A program made the translations under genes and the position numbers. From Lama guanicoe (Eukaryota), in contig MU053083.1 in NCBI GenBank assembly GCA_013239625.1, forward strand, positions 168,380 through 188,379: a stretch of 20,000 bases of DNA, in the 5' to 3' direction. The stretch's first letter is position 1, and the number at the start of each line of letters is the position of its first letter. Positions 1-11,191 of this stretch are shown here, piece after piece. The notes below the pieces were generated by a model. It made no database searches and was not told the DNA's origin. It saw nothing but the letters and a program-made list of their open reading frames with translations.

Positions 1-1865
1 GTGCCAGATGTCCCCCTCACCTAGATTGCTCATCTATCGGTTGTAGTATGGGATTGAACAAGGTGACTGTGCGAAGTGCACTGGATGAATAAACACAGGA
101 GAACAGATTATTGAGCATCCAGTGGGAACTGATTCGTCAATCCAGTTTCTAAGAATAACTGTTCCCCAGTTAATGCAGTTATCCAACATATAGCAATGCT
201 TCGCCCTCCAGAGTAGCTGCAGACCCAGAAAAAGGGGGAAAGCCAGCACTTGAAGAGAGCAGTCATGGCTCCAAGGAAGGACGCAGTTATGGGGAGATGG
301 TGCCCCTGCAGCCCCCCAGGGCGGCAGTAGAGGTGGGGTTGGTCGGTGGCATTTTGAGCCTCTCCAGCTGGGGCATTGCTAGCTTCCTCTATTATTGGCT
401 TCATCCGTGGAAAGGATCCCACTGCCTATAAAGAAATGGGTCAAAAACCAGTTCAAAGCACTTCTGAAGAGAAGCTTGTAGCCCCAAAAGGTACCTAGGT
501 CACACGGCTATTAGTGGTAACAGCCAGTGCCAGAAATAAGCTGTCCTGTCCCCAACAAGAATACCCTACCTCCCTGAGTCCCAGCAAGTCACAGGGTGGT
601 GTGGGAGCGGCCCTTTGAAAGTCAGCTGGTGGCCAAGCCTGTTGCTACAGATGGCTGTAAGGGTCCTAAGTTAACGTGAGCACACTGCTCATGCTGACTG
701 TGTCATGAGGACAGAGAGGTGTGTACAATGGTTTTACACCCTCCACTTTCAGTTCTGTGTACCTTTCACCCCTGTAGGATGCTTCATCCCTGACCATGTT
801 AGATAACTGATGCTCTGTTATTGACCGTCCATCCCGTTTTCATGCCTTAGAGATACAGAAAGAATCTGGAATTAGATTCTGTATTAAATCAGTAGCCAGA
901 ACAGACCTAATGCTTTAAATTGAAAAGCGTTATCAACTAGATGGCCCTACCCATCAGCAGCCTGTTGTCTGAGGAAATTTAAGTAGCTGACAAAATAAAT
1001 TACATTATATTTAGATTGTGTTAACGCTTTTCTTGTAAAGACTGACTTCCCACTTTACATGAGGTATATCTGTGAAGCTTGTTACAGAATATTTGACTAC
1101 TTGAATCCAACAGAACATACCACATCCTTTTCTTTTTAGACATTTATGGTGATTTCATTCTCTAAGAACAGATAGAGATGTAGATAATCATCCCTAGCCG
1201 GATTATTTTTACCTTTTGGGAAAAAATAACAATTTACTTAAAAATTAAGAGCAGTATCAAACTGCCACTGGTGATCATCAGAAATCTGGGAGCTAAAGTT
1301 TGTTTCAAAAGTTTTTTTAGGTGGATTTGCATTTCTTCAGTAGGGGTTGTGTTTTATTTTTATTCGAGCTGTAAATGTCTGCTTGCTTCAGGTATCTTTC
1401 CCTGAAGTGACTGGTAGCTTCCTGTCTTGCTCTGCCCATATGGCGAGACTGCCGCTACTTGTTGCCTTTTGTTCAAATGGGCCTGAAAACTCAGGAAGTA
1501 GCCACAGTCACTTCTATACTGGGAACGCATATGATGTGTATCCCAGGAGAGCACTCAGTCTGCCTTGCCATTTGGGATTAAGAATGCTCTATGCAAAGTC
1601 CCAGAAATGACTCCTTTGGTTATTTGAATTCTTAATGTCATTTATGGCAGACCTTTTCATGTAAATCTCCCATCTACAATCTGACAGCATAACCAGCTTT
1701 TCACCTTGGTCCCATTTTCTTTATTGTCACATCCTTTAATAGTGAGCTATCAGGATGGCAAGATTTATAGCTACTAACTGTCACATTATTTCCTTCTTAC
1801 TTAACCTGTTTGGTAAAGGAGAAATTTGACACTTCACGATGAAACTGACTTCTGTTCCTATACAG

Positions 1866-1936
1866 GCCCCGTCCCCGCCATCAGTGGGGCGCTGAAGAAA
1901 ACAGGACTGAGTCTTAAGGACATGGATTTGGTAGAA
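1866..1936 (+). CDS. ACAA2: ACAA2 third-from-last coding exon (exon 8 by human numbering), 71 bp
   Basis: Acceptor ttctgttcctatacAG (1864-1865) and donor GTAAGT (1937). Translates (G)PVPAISGALKKTGLSLKDMDLVE, matching recalled ACAA2 sequence. Joins in phase 0 to the next exon. Confidence 0.96.
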
Positions 1937-3489
1937 GTAAGTGTCCTACTTTTTCTACAACATGAATGAACCACCAACTTCTGTAGCATAAATGGCTTTA
2001 GTTTGGTATTTTATAGTTCTTTTTGTTTTAGTACTATTAAACTTTCCAAGTGATGTGCATCTAAATAAGTATTACTTTCATTACATGCCCTGTGCTGGTA
2101 TATAATCAGGCCCTACCTGATTAAAATGCTTTATTTATATTTGAATAATTTAAAACAGCCTGATTTCTTCTACTAAAGTATAAATTCCTGGAAACTTTTT
2201 ATGACCTTGTAAGATTCTATTACATTTTAGACTATTAATGTGCCTATTGAATTGGGTTGGATGTTACATAAGGTGAGGGAGAAGAAACTTGAACCCTATT
2301 TTATGGATTAAAGTGAAAAAATTAAAGTTAAAAAAAATTGACCTAATAGAAAACCAATTATCTGATCCCAAATCTAAAACGTTCTTGCACTTCCTGCCAA
2401 GTTGAGCACCCTCCCCACCAAACTTAACCTTTGGCTCTTACACCATAGTTGTGTCTTGATTTGGGATGCACCAATCTTAATTTTTGGCACTGGAAACTTC
2501 AGTTTATTGGTAGAGTGACTTCTTTAGTGTTCGTTTAGAACAAAGACATCTTAAATATTTAGTACAATTAAAAGAAAGGGTTAAGAAAATGCTTAAAGAT
2601 GGATTATTATATTCTACATTTGGAGAGTATTTGAATATTTTAGGTAATTAAGTAACGCTGCTTGACACTGGGAAATAACTAATATAACAAAGGAAATCTA
2701 TTTAAATTGATGGAGAAGGGGCCTTTTCACTCTAGGCACTTGTGTGACATCCTCTGTGGTAATCTCTCACCCAGGAAATGGTGGTTTCAGACAAATGGTT
2801 ATCCTTAAATCTCTTCCATTCTCAGGCGATCACAGCCCAGAGCTTCAGAGGGGGCTACTTAATTACCATGTTTCTGTCGGCAAATAGGTCCACTAAATTT
2901 CCAACTTTAGATTTCACACTTAAAACTCTTGAAATATGGCAGCTCTGCAGAGCTGTCCATAGTCATGTATCGATGTATAAATACTCCAGGATACAGCTCT
3001 CAGCACATCCGTGATCGTCTCCGGGACTTTGGAGGATCACGCAGTCGTCTTTCCTAGGTTCAAAGGCCTAGTTTCACAACATATTCTAGGTCTTTTAGGA
3101 CTTCCTTAAGCATAACCATATAAAATGGGAAAAATAACACTGGCTCCAAGGACAAATAAAGCACCATCCTGGGAGAGCACAAAACACAGTAGGAAAGAAC
3201 ACAGGCTAGATCTTTATCCCAACCCTGGAAAAGCTGGCTTTCTTAAAGTCAGTTTTCTTGTCTGTAAAAATTTCCTAGCTAAGGTCATATGAAAATATAG
3301 TGTTATTAACATGAAATAAGGTCACAGCCAGCCTTGTTAAGTATAATACAACAATATGACACTTTTTAGTTCTGGCCGCATTTCAACACAGTAACCATTC
3401 CTCTTATGAATCCGGCTCTGAAGGTTTATTCTTTGCTGTCTATCAGTTTCTTCGTGGAAGTATGGCTGGCAGTACTGCAAAGTAGTACT

Positions 3490-3720
3490 AATAATAGCAA
3501 CCATTTATTGAACACTTGCTTCTATCAGGTACTACACTAAACACTTAATACTTGACTTCATTTAACCTCAACAATAACTCTTAAGATGTTACTACAGTCA
3601 CATTTTACCACTGAAGAAACTTGAATGCCAAGAGAGTTTAATGAATGTGCATACAGCCAAGATCTGAACTGTGCATCTGGCTCCAGACCCCGTGAGCTTT
3701 CTACAGTATCCCACTGCCTT
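3490..3720 (-). mobile_element. MIR SINE, near full length, in an ACAA2 intron
   Basis: Reverse-complement MIR layout: aataatagcaaccatttattgaacactt...catttaacctcaacaataactct...cattttaccactgaagaaact...tctggctccaga. Confidence 0.8.
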
Positions 3721-3972
3721 GAGTCCAGTATCTGTTCATAGTATCACTGAGGATTTGTTTTTCCTAAGGGATGAATTAGGCCTATAGTATCATTTAGTGA
3801 ATATACCCATTTTCAAACCTATTATCTTTACAAAGAATGATGATAAAATAACCTTGCAAACTAATTTAAATAGGAAAAACAGGAAATTTAGTCATTGATA
3901 AGACTGGACAATTCTCAGTTAAAAATCATTTTGTGAATAAGGATTTTTATCAGTGTTGTGATTGTTTTAAAG

Positions 3973-4127
3973 GTGAATGAAGCTTTTGCTCCCCAGTACT
4001 TGGCAGTTGAGAAGAGTTTGGATCTTGACCCAAGTAAAACCAATGTGAATGGAGGAGCCATTGCTTTGGGTCACCCATTGGGAGGATCTGGATCAAGAAT
4101 TACCACACACCTAGTTCATGAATTAAG
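3973..4127 (+). CDS. ACAA2: ACAA2 penultimate coding exon (exon 9), 155 bp, with thiolase NEAF and GHPxG motifs
   Basis: Acceptor ttttaaAG (3971-3972) and donor GTACTT (4128). Translates [51 protein letters not shown](R), including the catalytic His of GHPLG. Confidence 0.97.
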
Positions 4128-4997
4128 GTACTTGGCTAGAGATAGTTGCATTTCAGATTTACCATCTTTTGCAGAAAAACATGAAACAACTGACAATTTG
4201 GGTAGTAGCTAAGTTCTTCCTTCACCGTTTCCCGGACTCCAGGAGGGAGCCTTCTGTGTGTTTGATACTTTTCAGTTTAATAGAAGAGCTCCTCCTTCTG
4301 TACTGTGTCCTTTGGACCATTTTGCTCTGTTGGTAGGAAAATTGCAAACAAAACCAAATACATCAGGCCAGAAAATCATGCTGGCTTCCTGTGAGGTTAA
4401 GGTAAATGGGATTCCTATTTAACTTGATGATTGATTGGGTTGAAATGAGTGACTGACATGCACAAAAGTAATTCCTAGATGGTTTTCTCAAGGTCATTCT
4501 ATCAGAACTGAAGAATGAAAACAGATGTTACTTTAAAGGAGTCTAATTTTTATGAAAGGGACATGAAATGTTTCTAAACCATCTGACCGTTTATACGGAC
4601 AAACCTCAGTAAATTATATTTATTCTAAGATGCTATAAAAATCTAAAGCCAGTAAATCAAAGGGGATGAATATTACTCCCCCTTCTTCAACTTCTGGCTC
4701 GCCCCAATTTCCTCCTCTCCTCACTCCTTTCTCACAGCAAACTAAGCTTTTATATTTGTTTCAGCCCCCTCTCTTCTGTGTAACTACCTTTTTTTTTTTT
4801 TAATAAAAATATTCAGCTTTCCAAATTCTTTCTGTTCTTTTCCCCAGTATTGAGGATTGGAGAAAAGATTCAGCTGGTGAGCTGAACGAGAATGAATCAT
4901 GCAAATGTGATCGTTACACGTTCTAGTTAATTAATGATGTCATTAATTCTGTGTAGTCTTTATTGAAGTAGATTTCAGCCACTGCTCTCTCTCTTAG

Positions 4998-5082
4998 GCG
5001 CCGGGGTGGAAGATATGCTGTAGGATCGGCCTGCATTGGAGGGGGCCAGGGAATCGCGGTCATCATCCAGAGCACAGCCTAG
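4998..5082 (+). CDS. ACAA2: ACAA2 last exon, coding part (exon 10), ending at TAG 5080-5082
   Basis: Acceptor ctctctctcttAG (4996-4997). The phase-2 join gives RRRGGRYAVGSACIGGGQGIAVIIQSTA*, with the thiolase CxGGGxG catalytic Cys motif and the ACAA2 C-terminus. Confidence 0.97.
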
Positions 5083-5223
5083 GAGAGCAGGGAGCCTCCA
5101 CGGCCCAGGCTCACGTGACCTGGCTAATGCGCAACTGGCCATGCCCTGCACTGAGTGTGATGGTGTTTGATCAGGGAATAGTGGGGCAAAGATGCATTTA
5201 TCATGAACAAGAGCCCATGTCAG

Positions 5224-5229
5224 AATAAA
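5224..5229 (+). terminator. Proximal AATAAA, possible alternative polyadenylation signal
   Basis: Canonical hexamer within the 3'UTR. Its downstream element is weak. Confidence 0.4.
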
Positions 5230-5360
5230 TTCTCTCAAATTTGCACCAAATATGATGTACGTCTGAACTAAAACCCAGCTATAGAAGGCCTTAAAAGGAA
5301 TTGTATCCTTCCCAAATAACCACCACTTCTGCCTTAAAAAATATGATTGCTAGGAAATCG

Positions 5361-5366
5361 AATAAA
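5361..5366 (+). terminator. Polyadenylation signal AATAAA (distal, likely main ACAA2 signal)
   Basis: Canonical hexamer with a U/GU-rich downstream element (tttcctgtcattttttgtattt) about 25-45 nt later. Confidence 0.75.
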
Positions 5367-5411
5367 TTCTGCCTTAACTTCAGCTAATCATTTCCTGTCA
5401 TTTTTTGTATT

Positions 5412-6105
5412 TAAAAAAATTTTTTAATTGAGATAAAATATACATAACAGAAAATGTAACATACTAACCATTTTGAAGTGTATAGTTCAGTGGCATTAAA
5501 TACAATAGTCACCACCATCCCTCTTTTAACCCTGCAGAACTGAAGCTCTGTACCCATTAAACAACAGCTCCCCATTCCTCGCTCCCTGCAGCCCCTGGCA
5601 GTTACCATTCTACTTTCTGTCTCTATGGATTTGATTTCAATAGTTACCTCATATAAGGGAAATCATACAGTATTTGTCCTTTTGTGCCTGGCTTATTTCA
5701 CTTAGCATCGTGGTCTCAAGATTCATCCATATTGCAGCATGTCTCAGAATTTTCTTTTTGAAGGCTGAATAATATTCCATTATACGTATATAGCACATTT
5801 TGGTTTTTCTTTCATCCATCGATGGACATTTGGTTTGAGGCACCTCTTGGCTATTGTGAATTTATGCTGCTATAAACATAGGTGTACCAGTATCTGTTCA
5901 TGGCCTTGCTTTCAGTTCTTTTGCGTATACCCAGAAGTAGATTCCTGAATATGATAATTCTATTAATACTTTGAAGAACTGCCATACTGTTTCCATAGCA
6001 GCTGTACCATTTTACACTCCCACTATTATTGCACAAGGGTTTAAATTTTTCCACATCCTCACCAATTTCACTGTTTTTCTGTTTGTTTTTTATAAGATGG
6101 CTGTT
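5412..6105 (-). mobile_element. LINE-1 3' end (L1MB-like), antisense, 5'-truncated
   Basis: Typical antisense L1MB 3' end (ttaattgagataaaat...aagtgtatagttcagtggcatt...accattctactttctgtctctatg). The minus ORF 5649-5843 (KCPSMDE...MEYYSAFKK...WMNLETTMLSEISQAQKDKY) is a degenerate ORF2p C-terminus. Confidence 0.9.
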
Positions 6106-6134
6106 ATATATATAAAAAAAAAACAGAAAAAAGT

Positions 6135-6855
6135 ATTGGTGATGATTAAGTAATTTGTCGAGGTGGACTTGTTGAGTGCTTGACAGTTGAGCAAACACTT
6201 GAAAGAGCTGACAGCCACACAGATACCCAAGAAAGGTTAAGAGAAACAGCCAGGGCATGGCCTTGAGGTAGGAGCGTTCCTGCTGTGCAAGGAGGCCAGT
6301 GTGGCTGAAGCAGAGGGAGCAGGAGCAGAGAGGTGGGAGAGGAGTCAGGGAAGCACCCTGGGTGCGTATCACATAGGGCCTTACACACCATTGCAGGGAC
6401 TCTGGCTTTTATTCTGAGTACAGTGGGAGCCACTGCAGGCTTCTGAGTAGAGGAGAGGCTTCACCTGACTGACATTTGAAGGACAGCTCAGTCTGTTCTA
6501 TTGAGGTGAACTGTAGAGGCACAGTGTTGGAATAGGATGCTGTCACAGTAGTCATCCAAGCCAAGAATGACGGCAGCTAAGATCTAGAGTCAGAAGAGTG
6601 GTGGGAAGCTGCCAGACTCTGGTTATATTCTGAAGACAGAGCTGTGGTTGGTAGAGAAAAGAGTCCAAGGATGGCTCTGGGCTTTTCACCTCGGACACTG
6701 AGATGGGAAGGCTGCAAGTGGAGCAGGTTTGAGTGGAGGTTCAGGAGTTCAGTTCAGACATCCCAGCAGAGATGCTGAGTAGGCATTTAGGTGAAGGGGT
6801 CTAGCATTTTGGATAGAGCTAGATATGAAAGTCATTGGCATATAAATTGGATTTA
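6135..6855 (-). mobile_element. LINE-2 fragment, antisense
   Basis: Characteristic purine-rich antisense L2 text (ggaggccagtgtggctgaagcagag...ctctggcttttattctgagt...gggagccactgcagg...ggagttcagttcagaca). Confidence 0.8.
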
Positions 6856-6875
6856 ATCAATAACTATTAGCCTCA

Positions 6876-7893
6876 CTATTGACAAAAAGACAACTTACTG
6901 GATGGGGGAAAATATTTACAAGTGATATGACAAATAAGGGGTTAATACCACAAAATATATAAACAGCTCATACAACTCAACATCAAAAAACAAGCAAACT
7001 GATTTACAAAATGGGCAGAAGACTTCAATAGACATTTTTCCAAAAAAGACATACAGATGGCAAATAGGTACATGAAAAGATGCTCAATATCATTAATCTT
7101 CAGCGAAATGCAAATCAAAACCACAATGAGGTAACACCCTACACCTGTCAGAGTGGCTATCATCAAAAAGACCATGAATAACAAATGCTGGCAAGGATGT
7201 GAAGAAAAGGGGACCATTGTACACTGTTGGTACAAAGGTAAGGTATAACCATTATGGAAAACAATCAGAAGGTTTCTCAGAAAACTACCAGATAGAACTA
7301 CCATATGACCCAGCAATTCCACACCTGGGTATCAATCCAAAAAACCCAAATGCACATGCACCTCAGTTGGTTCATAGCAGCATTATTTACAATTGCCAAG
7401 ATATGGAAGCAACCTAAGTGTCTATCAACAGATGAATGGATAAAGAAGCGGTGTACACACACACAGAGGAATATTACTCAGACATAAAAAAGAATGAAAC
7501 TTTGCCATTTGCAACAACATGGATGGACTTGGTGGGTATTATGCTATGTGAAATAAGTCAGACAGAGAAATACTGTATATCACTTATATGTAGAATCTAA
7601 AAACAACAAACTAGTGAATATTACAAAAAAGAAACAGACTCACAGATATAGAGAACAAATTAGTGGTTATCAGTGGGGAGAGGGATGGGGAAGGGGCAAG
7701 ATACGGGTAGGGGATTAATAGATACAAATTACTATGTATAAAATAAGTGTGCTACAAGGATATATTGTACAACACAAGGAATATAGCCAAGATTTTATAA
7801 TAACTGTAAATGGAATATAACCTTTAAAAATTGTGAACCACTCTGTTGAACCCCTGAAACTCATGTAATATTGTACATCAACTATACCTCGAA
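6876..7893 (+). mobile_element. LINE-1 ORF2 3' end plus 3'UTR (artiodactyl L1_Art-like), 5'-truncated and degenerate
   Basis: ORF2p C-terminal remnants ([40 protein letters not shown]) split by frameshifts. The 3'UTR ends ...atattgtacatcaactatacctc. Confidence 0.92.
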
Positions 7894-8382
7894 AGTTAAA
7901 GAATTAGTGACCTTCATCCTAGATAGACTCAAACAAGAAAAGAACAATTTTCCCTTCTATTAAGACTCTTAGGTTTTTCTTTTTATGACTCAAAAATTTA
8001 AATGAGAATAAGAATAATCTATAAAAACAAGTATATCTGTATTATCCGTATGGAGAGTGATTCAATTATTTTATAAGTTTATCATTTTACATAATAAGTG
8101 CCATCTCTTCTACTCTCATGGAAAAAGATGTAAATTCCTCACTAAATTGAATAATTTAAAATGAAGAATGGGAGAATACATTTTTTAAAGATACCCTAAC
8201 CTAAAAGGGATGCCTTTGCAATTGAGAAATAATTGAAATAATTTTTATGAATTGAACAATGACTCTCCTTTTCCTTTCTCTCCATCTCATTTTTTATTCA
8301 AGTGAATCCTGCGCATTTTCACAGATCAGGTTGGTTTGCAGTGGGGGGTCCACCTGCACAGCAGCAAGCCCAGGGACACTTC

Positions 8383-8401
8383 TTCCCCTAGGTGGCGCCA
8401 C
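8383..8401 (+). promoter_or_regulatory. Candidate CTCF binding site
   Basis: CCCCTAGGTGGCGC (8385-8398) closely matches the CTCF core CCASYAGRKGGCRS. Confidence 0.6.
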
Positions 8402-9541
8402 AGGCCTGTGCTGCTTTGGTCCCTTTCTCAACAGCATCTCAAAGACGCTTCTCTCAGCAAAGCTGGACAAACTCTTGGTCCTTCTCACTTCCTAGGAATT
8501 GAAGGGAGTGGAGGAGCCATTAGTAAAGAAACCTAGGGCTGCAGGTTGGGGACAAAAGGTCTGTTCCACCTGCTAGCCAATGCTCCAGGTCCCTCTGGCC
8601 AAGGACACTGCCCTTTATTTCCTTTAGTAAAAACACGGCAGATGCAAAGGCCCAGAGCCTAGGGAGTCTGGTGTCACACAGCCTCTGAGCTGCTAGTAAC
8701 AGACTGCAGGCCCCACCAAGGTGCTGAGCCCTGCCTGGCCCCTGCCAGATGAGGACACAGGGAGAGATGGCTGGGGACCCAGTGTGGAGCAGCAGAGAAG
8801 ATGGGGCTGCAGTCGTACTCCCCACACTTCGCCGTCATGGACACGGAGCCCAAGGGCTCCTCATCTTCACTCTGGACCCTGTGTTTATGTGAGAGCCCCC
8901 AGCTGCCCCCAACCTTTCCCCTGCCGGCAAAGCGAGGGCTTCCGGGAGCTGCCTGTCCTCTCCCCTCCACGCTTTCCTGGACAGCGGCTGATGCTGGGGC
9001 CATAACCAGTGAGGTCTGAGGGCTGCGGGCGCAGCTAGGACACAGAGCGCAGGCGGGGTCGGGGGAGGGCTGTGTCCTGTGCCCTAGCTGTACTTCCCCA
9101 GGGACAGGCACGCTGCCTGGGACGCCACCTCCACCTCGGTGCCTCCAGTGCAAGAACCTCAGTAAAGAAACAAGGTGGACATAATACTTTTCAGAACACG
9201 GCCAGTGGAAGAAGACAAGGCCCCATCTGCCAAGCTCTGCAACATCCGCTGTCCCCGCAGTTCTGCCCTGTCCCAACAAGTTAGCACAAAGGAAAGTAAT
9301 GAGACAGGGTCCTCCAAAGCCACGCTTTGGTTCCATCTTGGCACAGTCAACATGCAGACACACTCAAGAGGCCTGAAGCTGTTATAGAAGCAAGGGGCTC
9401 CAGCAGAAGTAAAAGCTAGATTTGTGCTTTGAACATGCCAGAGCCTTTTAGAAACACAAGACAAGATAAAATCAGAAACTGCAGAATGAGGGAACACATT
9501 GATACCAAGAGCAAAGAGCAAGCTATGCTGGCTATTAACAT

Positions 9542-9554
9542 ACACACACACACA
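9542..9554. repeat. Short (CA)n microsatellite
   Basis: acacacacacaca read directly. Confidence 0.7.
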
Positions 9555-10199
9555 GAGCTGTTCCTCACGCTGCACTTCTAGTTTGCAAAGAGAAGTGAAG
9601 TTCCCAGGAGCCAAGGCCACAGCAGATGAAAACGAGCACACAGCTCAGCCGGCCTTTAGATTCGTACCTGGGCTGCCATGTGCCTGGAGCTGGGAAACAA
9701 GGGTGTGTGGGAGCCGGGACCCCAGGCAAACTATCCCCCAGGGCTCTAAGTCTGCATCTTCAGGGAGAACCAGCAGCATCCACCAACTAAGCAGCATCCC
9801 AGCCTCGGTGTGGACCGACTATATGCATCGAGCATTACCAAGTCTGCTTCTTGGTCTCCATAGGCAGCCCAGAGCCTGAGACCATGTGGATTTGCCCTGA
9901 GCAGAGACAGTCTGGCAAGTGGGAGAAATTCTGTTCCACATGGGTCTGTATGTCCATCATGGATGTGAGCTCCCAGATGTGGGCCTGAGCCCACCACTGT
10001 GTGGAGGAAACAAGACCTCCATCTGGAAAGACAGTGGCTGAGTTGGGACAGACCAAGTTATGAAGGATACTGTGGTGTTTAGCCCCTTGGATCTTTCTAA
10101 GTGGCTGTTTTAGAACAAAAAGGAAGAAATCTTTACATGGGTGCAAAGCAACTCCAGCAGCTTTTCTCCAGAACACAGAACAGGGTAAAAATAGAAATG

Positions 10200-10808
10200 T
10201 TTCAAAAATGTTAAGTATAAAGAGACAAAAAAAACACTTTAAGTTGTAGTACACAGCTTTATAACTATGTTTAAAAAGACACATGCAGAAAAAAGATAAT
10301 TCCATTAAAATGCTAATAGTGTTCCTATTAAGATGGTGAAACTGTGAAATACATGCAGTGGAATACTATGCAGCAGTGAAAACAAACTACTATAGACATA
10401 TGGACAAATCTCACAGGTTCATATCTTTGAAAAAAGACATCAAACTGCATACTATGTGATTCCATTTGTATGATGTTCAAAAAATAGGCAAAACAAATCC
10501 ATGATGACAGAGGTCAGAACGTGGTTATCTTTGAAGGGAGTATCTCCTGAAATGGACATGAGGGCATGTACTAGGGCTTTGGGAACCTTCTATATTTTAA
10601 TGGGGGTGGCGGTAACACAGATGTGCACATGCAAAAGTTCACTGAGCTCTATACTTAATGGCTTGTGTTCTTTACTGTATTTGCTATACATATTTTTAAA
10701 ATACTATCAATGCTGTATATAAGTGGTGAGGTGGGTGACTTTTCTCTTTTTTTCCTACTTTCCAAATATTTATAACATGTTTCTGTTTCTTGCACTATCA
10801 AAAAATGC
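10200..10808 (+). mobile_element. Old L1ME-like 3' end (~10200-10339 and ~10720-10808) interrupted by a second old L1 3' end (L1ME1/L1MD-like, ~10340-10719)
   Basis: The outer parts read continuously as an L1ME 3'UTR (aaaatgctaatagtg...tggtga | gggtgacttttctc...tttccaaat). The inner part has gtggaatactatgcagcagtgaaaa...tgtgattccatttgtatgatgttcaaaaaataggcaaaacaaatc. Confidence 0.7.
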
Positions 10809-10891
10809 CATATTTTAAAAGAAATATGTTTAAGAAACATATAGGTAAGTATACATCAGATAGAATCAGAATAGGTTATTAAAGTAAACCA

Positions 10892-11191
10892 GACAGAAAC
10901 AGATTCAAAGATGCAGTAAACAGTCTTATGGTTATTGGGGAAAGGGGCTGGGAAGGGATAAATTTGGGAGTTTGAGATTTATAAATGTTAGCCACTATAC
11001 ATTAAAATAGATTTTTAAAAAAGTTTCTGCTGTATAGCGTAAGCAACTATGTTCAATATCTTGTAATAACCGTTAGTGAAAAAGAATATGAAAACGAATA
11101 TATGTATGTATATGTAGGACTGGGACATTGTGCCGTACACCAGAAACTGACACATTGTAACTGACGGTACTTCAATAATAAATAAATAAAT
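10892..11191 (+). mobile_element. Young 5'-truncated LINE-1 (3'UTR only, camelid-type) with (TAAA)n tail and 11-bp target-site duplication
   Basis: AAAGTAAACCA occurs at 10881-10891 and 11192-11202, the first copy preceded by TT (L1 endonuclease TT/AAAA-like site). The 3' end reads gggacattgtgccgtacaccagaaactgacacattgtaactgacggtacttcaat followed by TAAA repeats. Confidence 0.9.

Larger units (their letters stand above)
5083..5388 (+). other. ACAA2: ACAA2 3'UTR (end approximate)
   Basis: Follows the stop codon and contains AATAAA at 5224-5229 and 5361-5366. A U-rich stretch follows at ~5391-5412. Confidence 0.8.

Noticed and set aside
4128..4212. Extension of ORF 3958-4212 beyond the thiolase-matching part
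   Set aside because: This is intron sequence read past the donor at 4128, where thiolase similarity ends.
5080..5118. Stop-codon read-through creating a peroxisomal PTS1 extension on ACAA2
   Set aside because: The extension would be ESREPPRPRLT*, ending RLT, which is not a PTS1. The TAG-G context is also not read-through prone.
5411..7487. ORFs such as 5649-5843, 5851-6372, 6942-7322, 7199-7417 and 7305-7487
   Set aside because: These are sense or antisense readings of degenerate L1/L2 sequence, not genes.
8674..9363. Longest ORF in the window (229 aa, minus strand)
   Set aside because: GC-rich region with many overlapping ORFs, no recognisable homology and no convincing exon boundaries.
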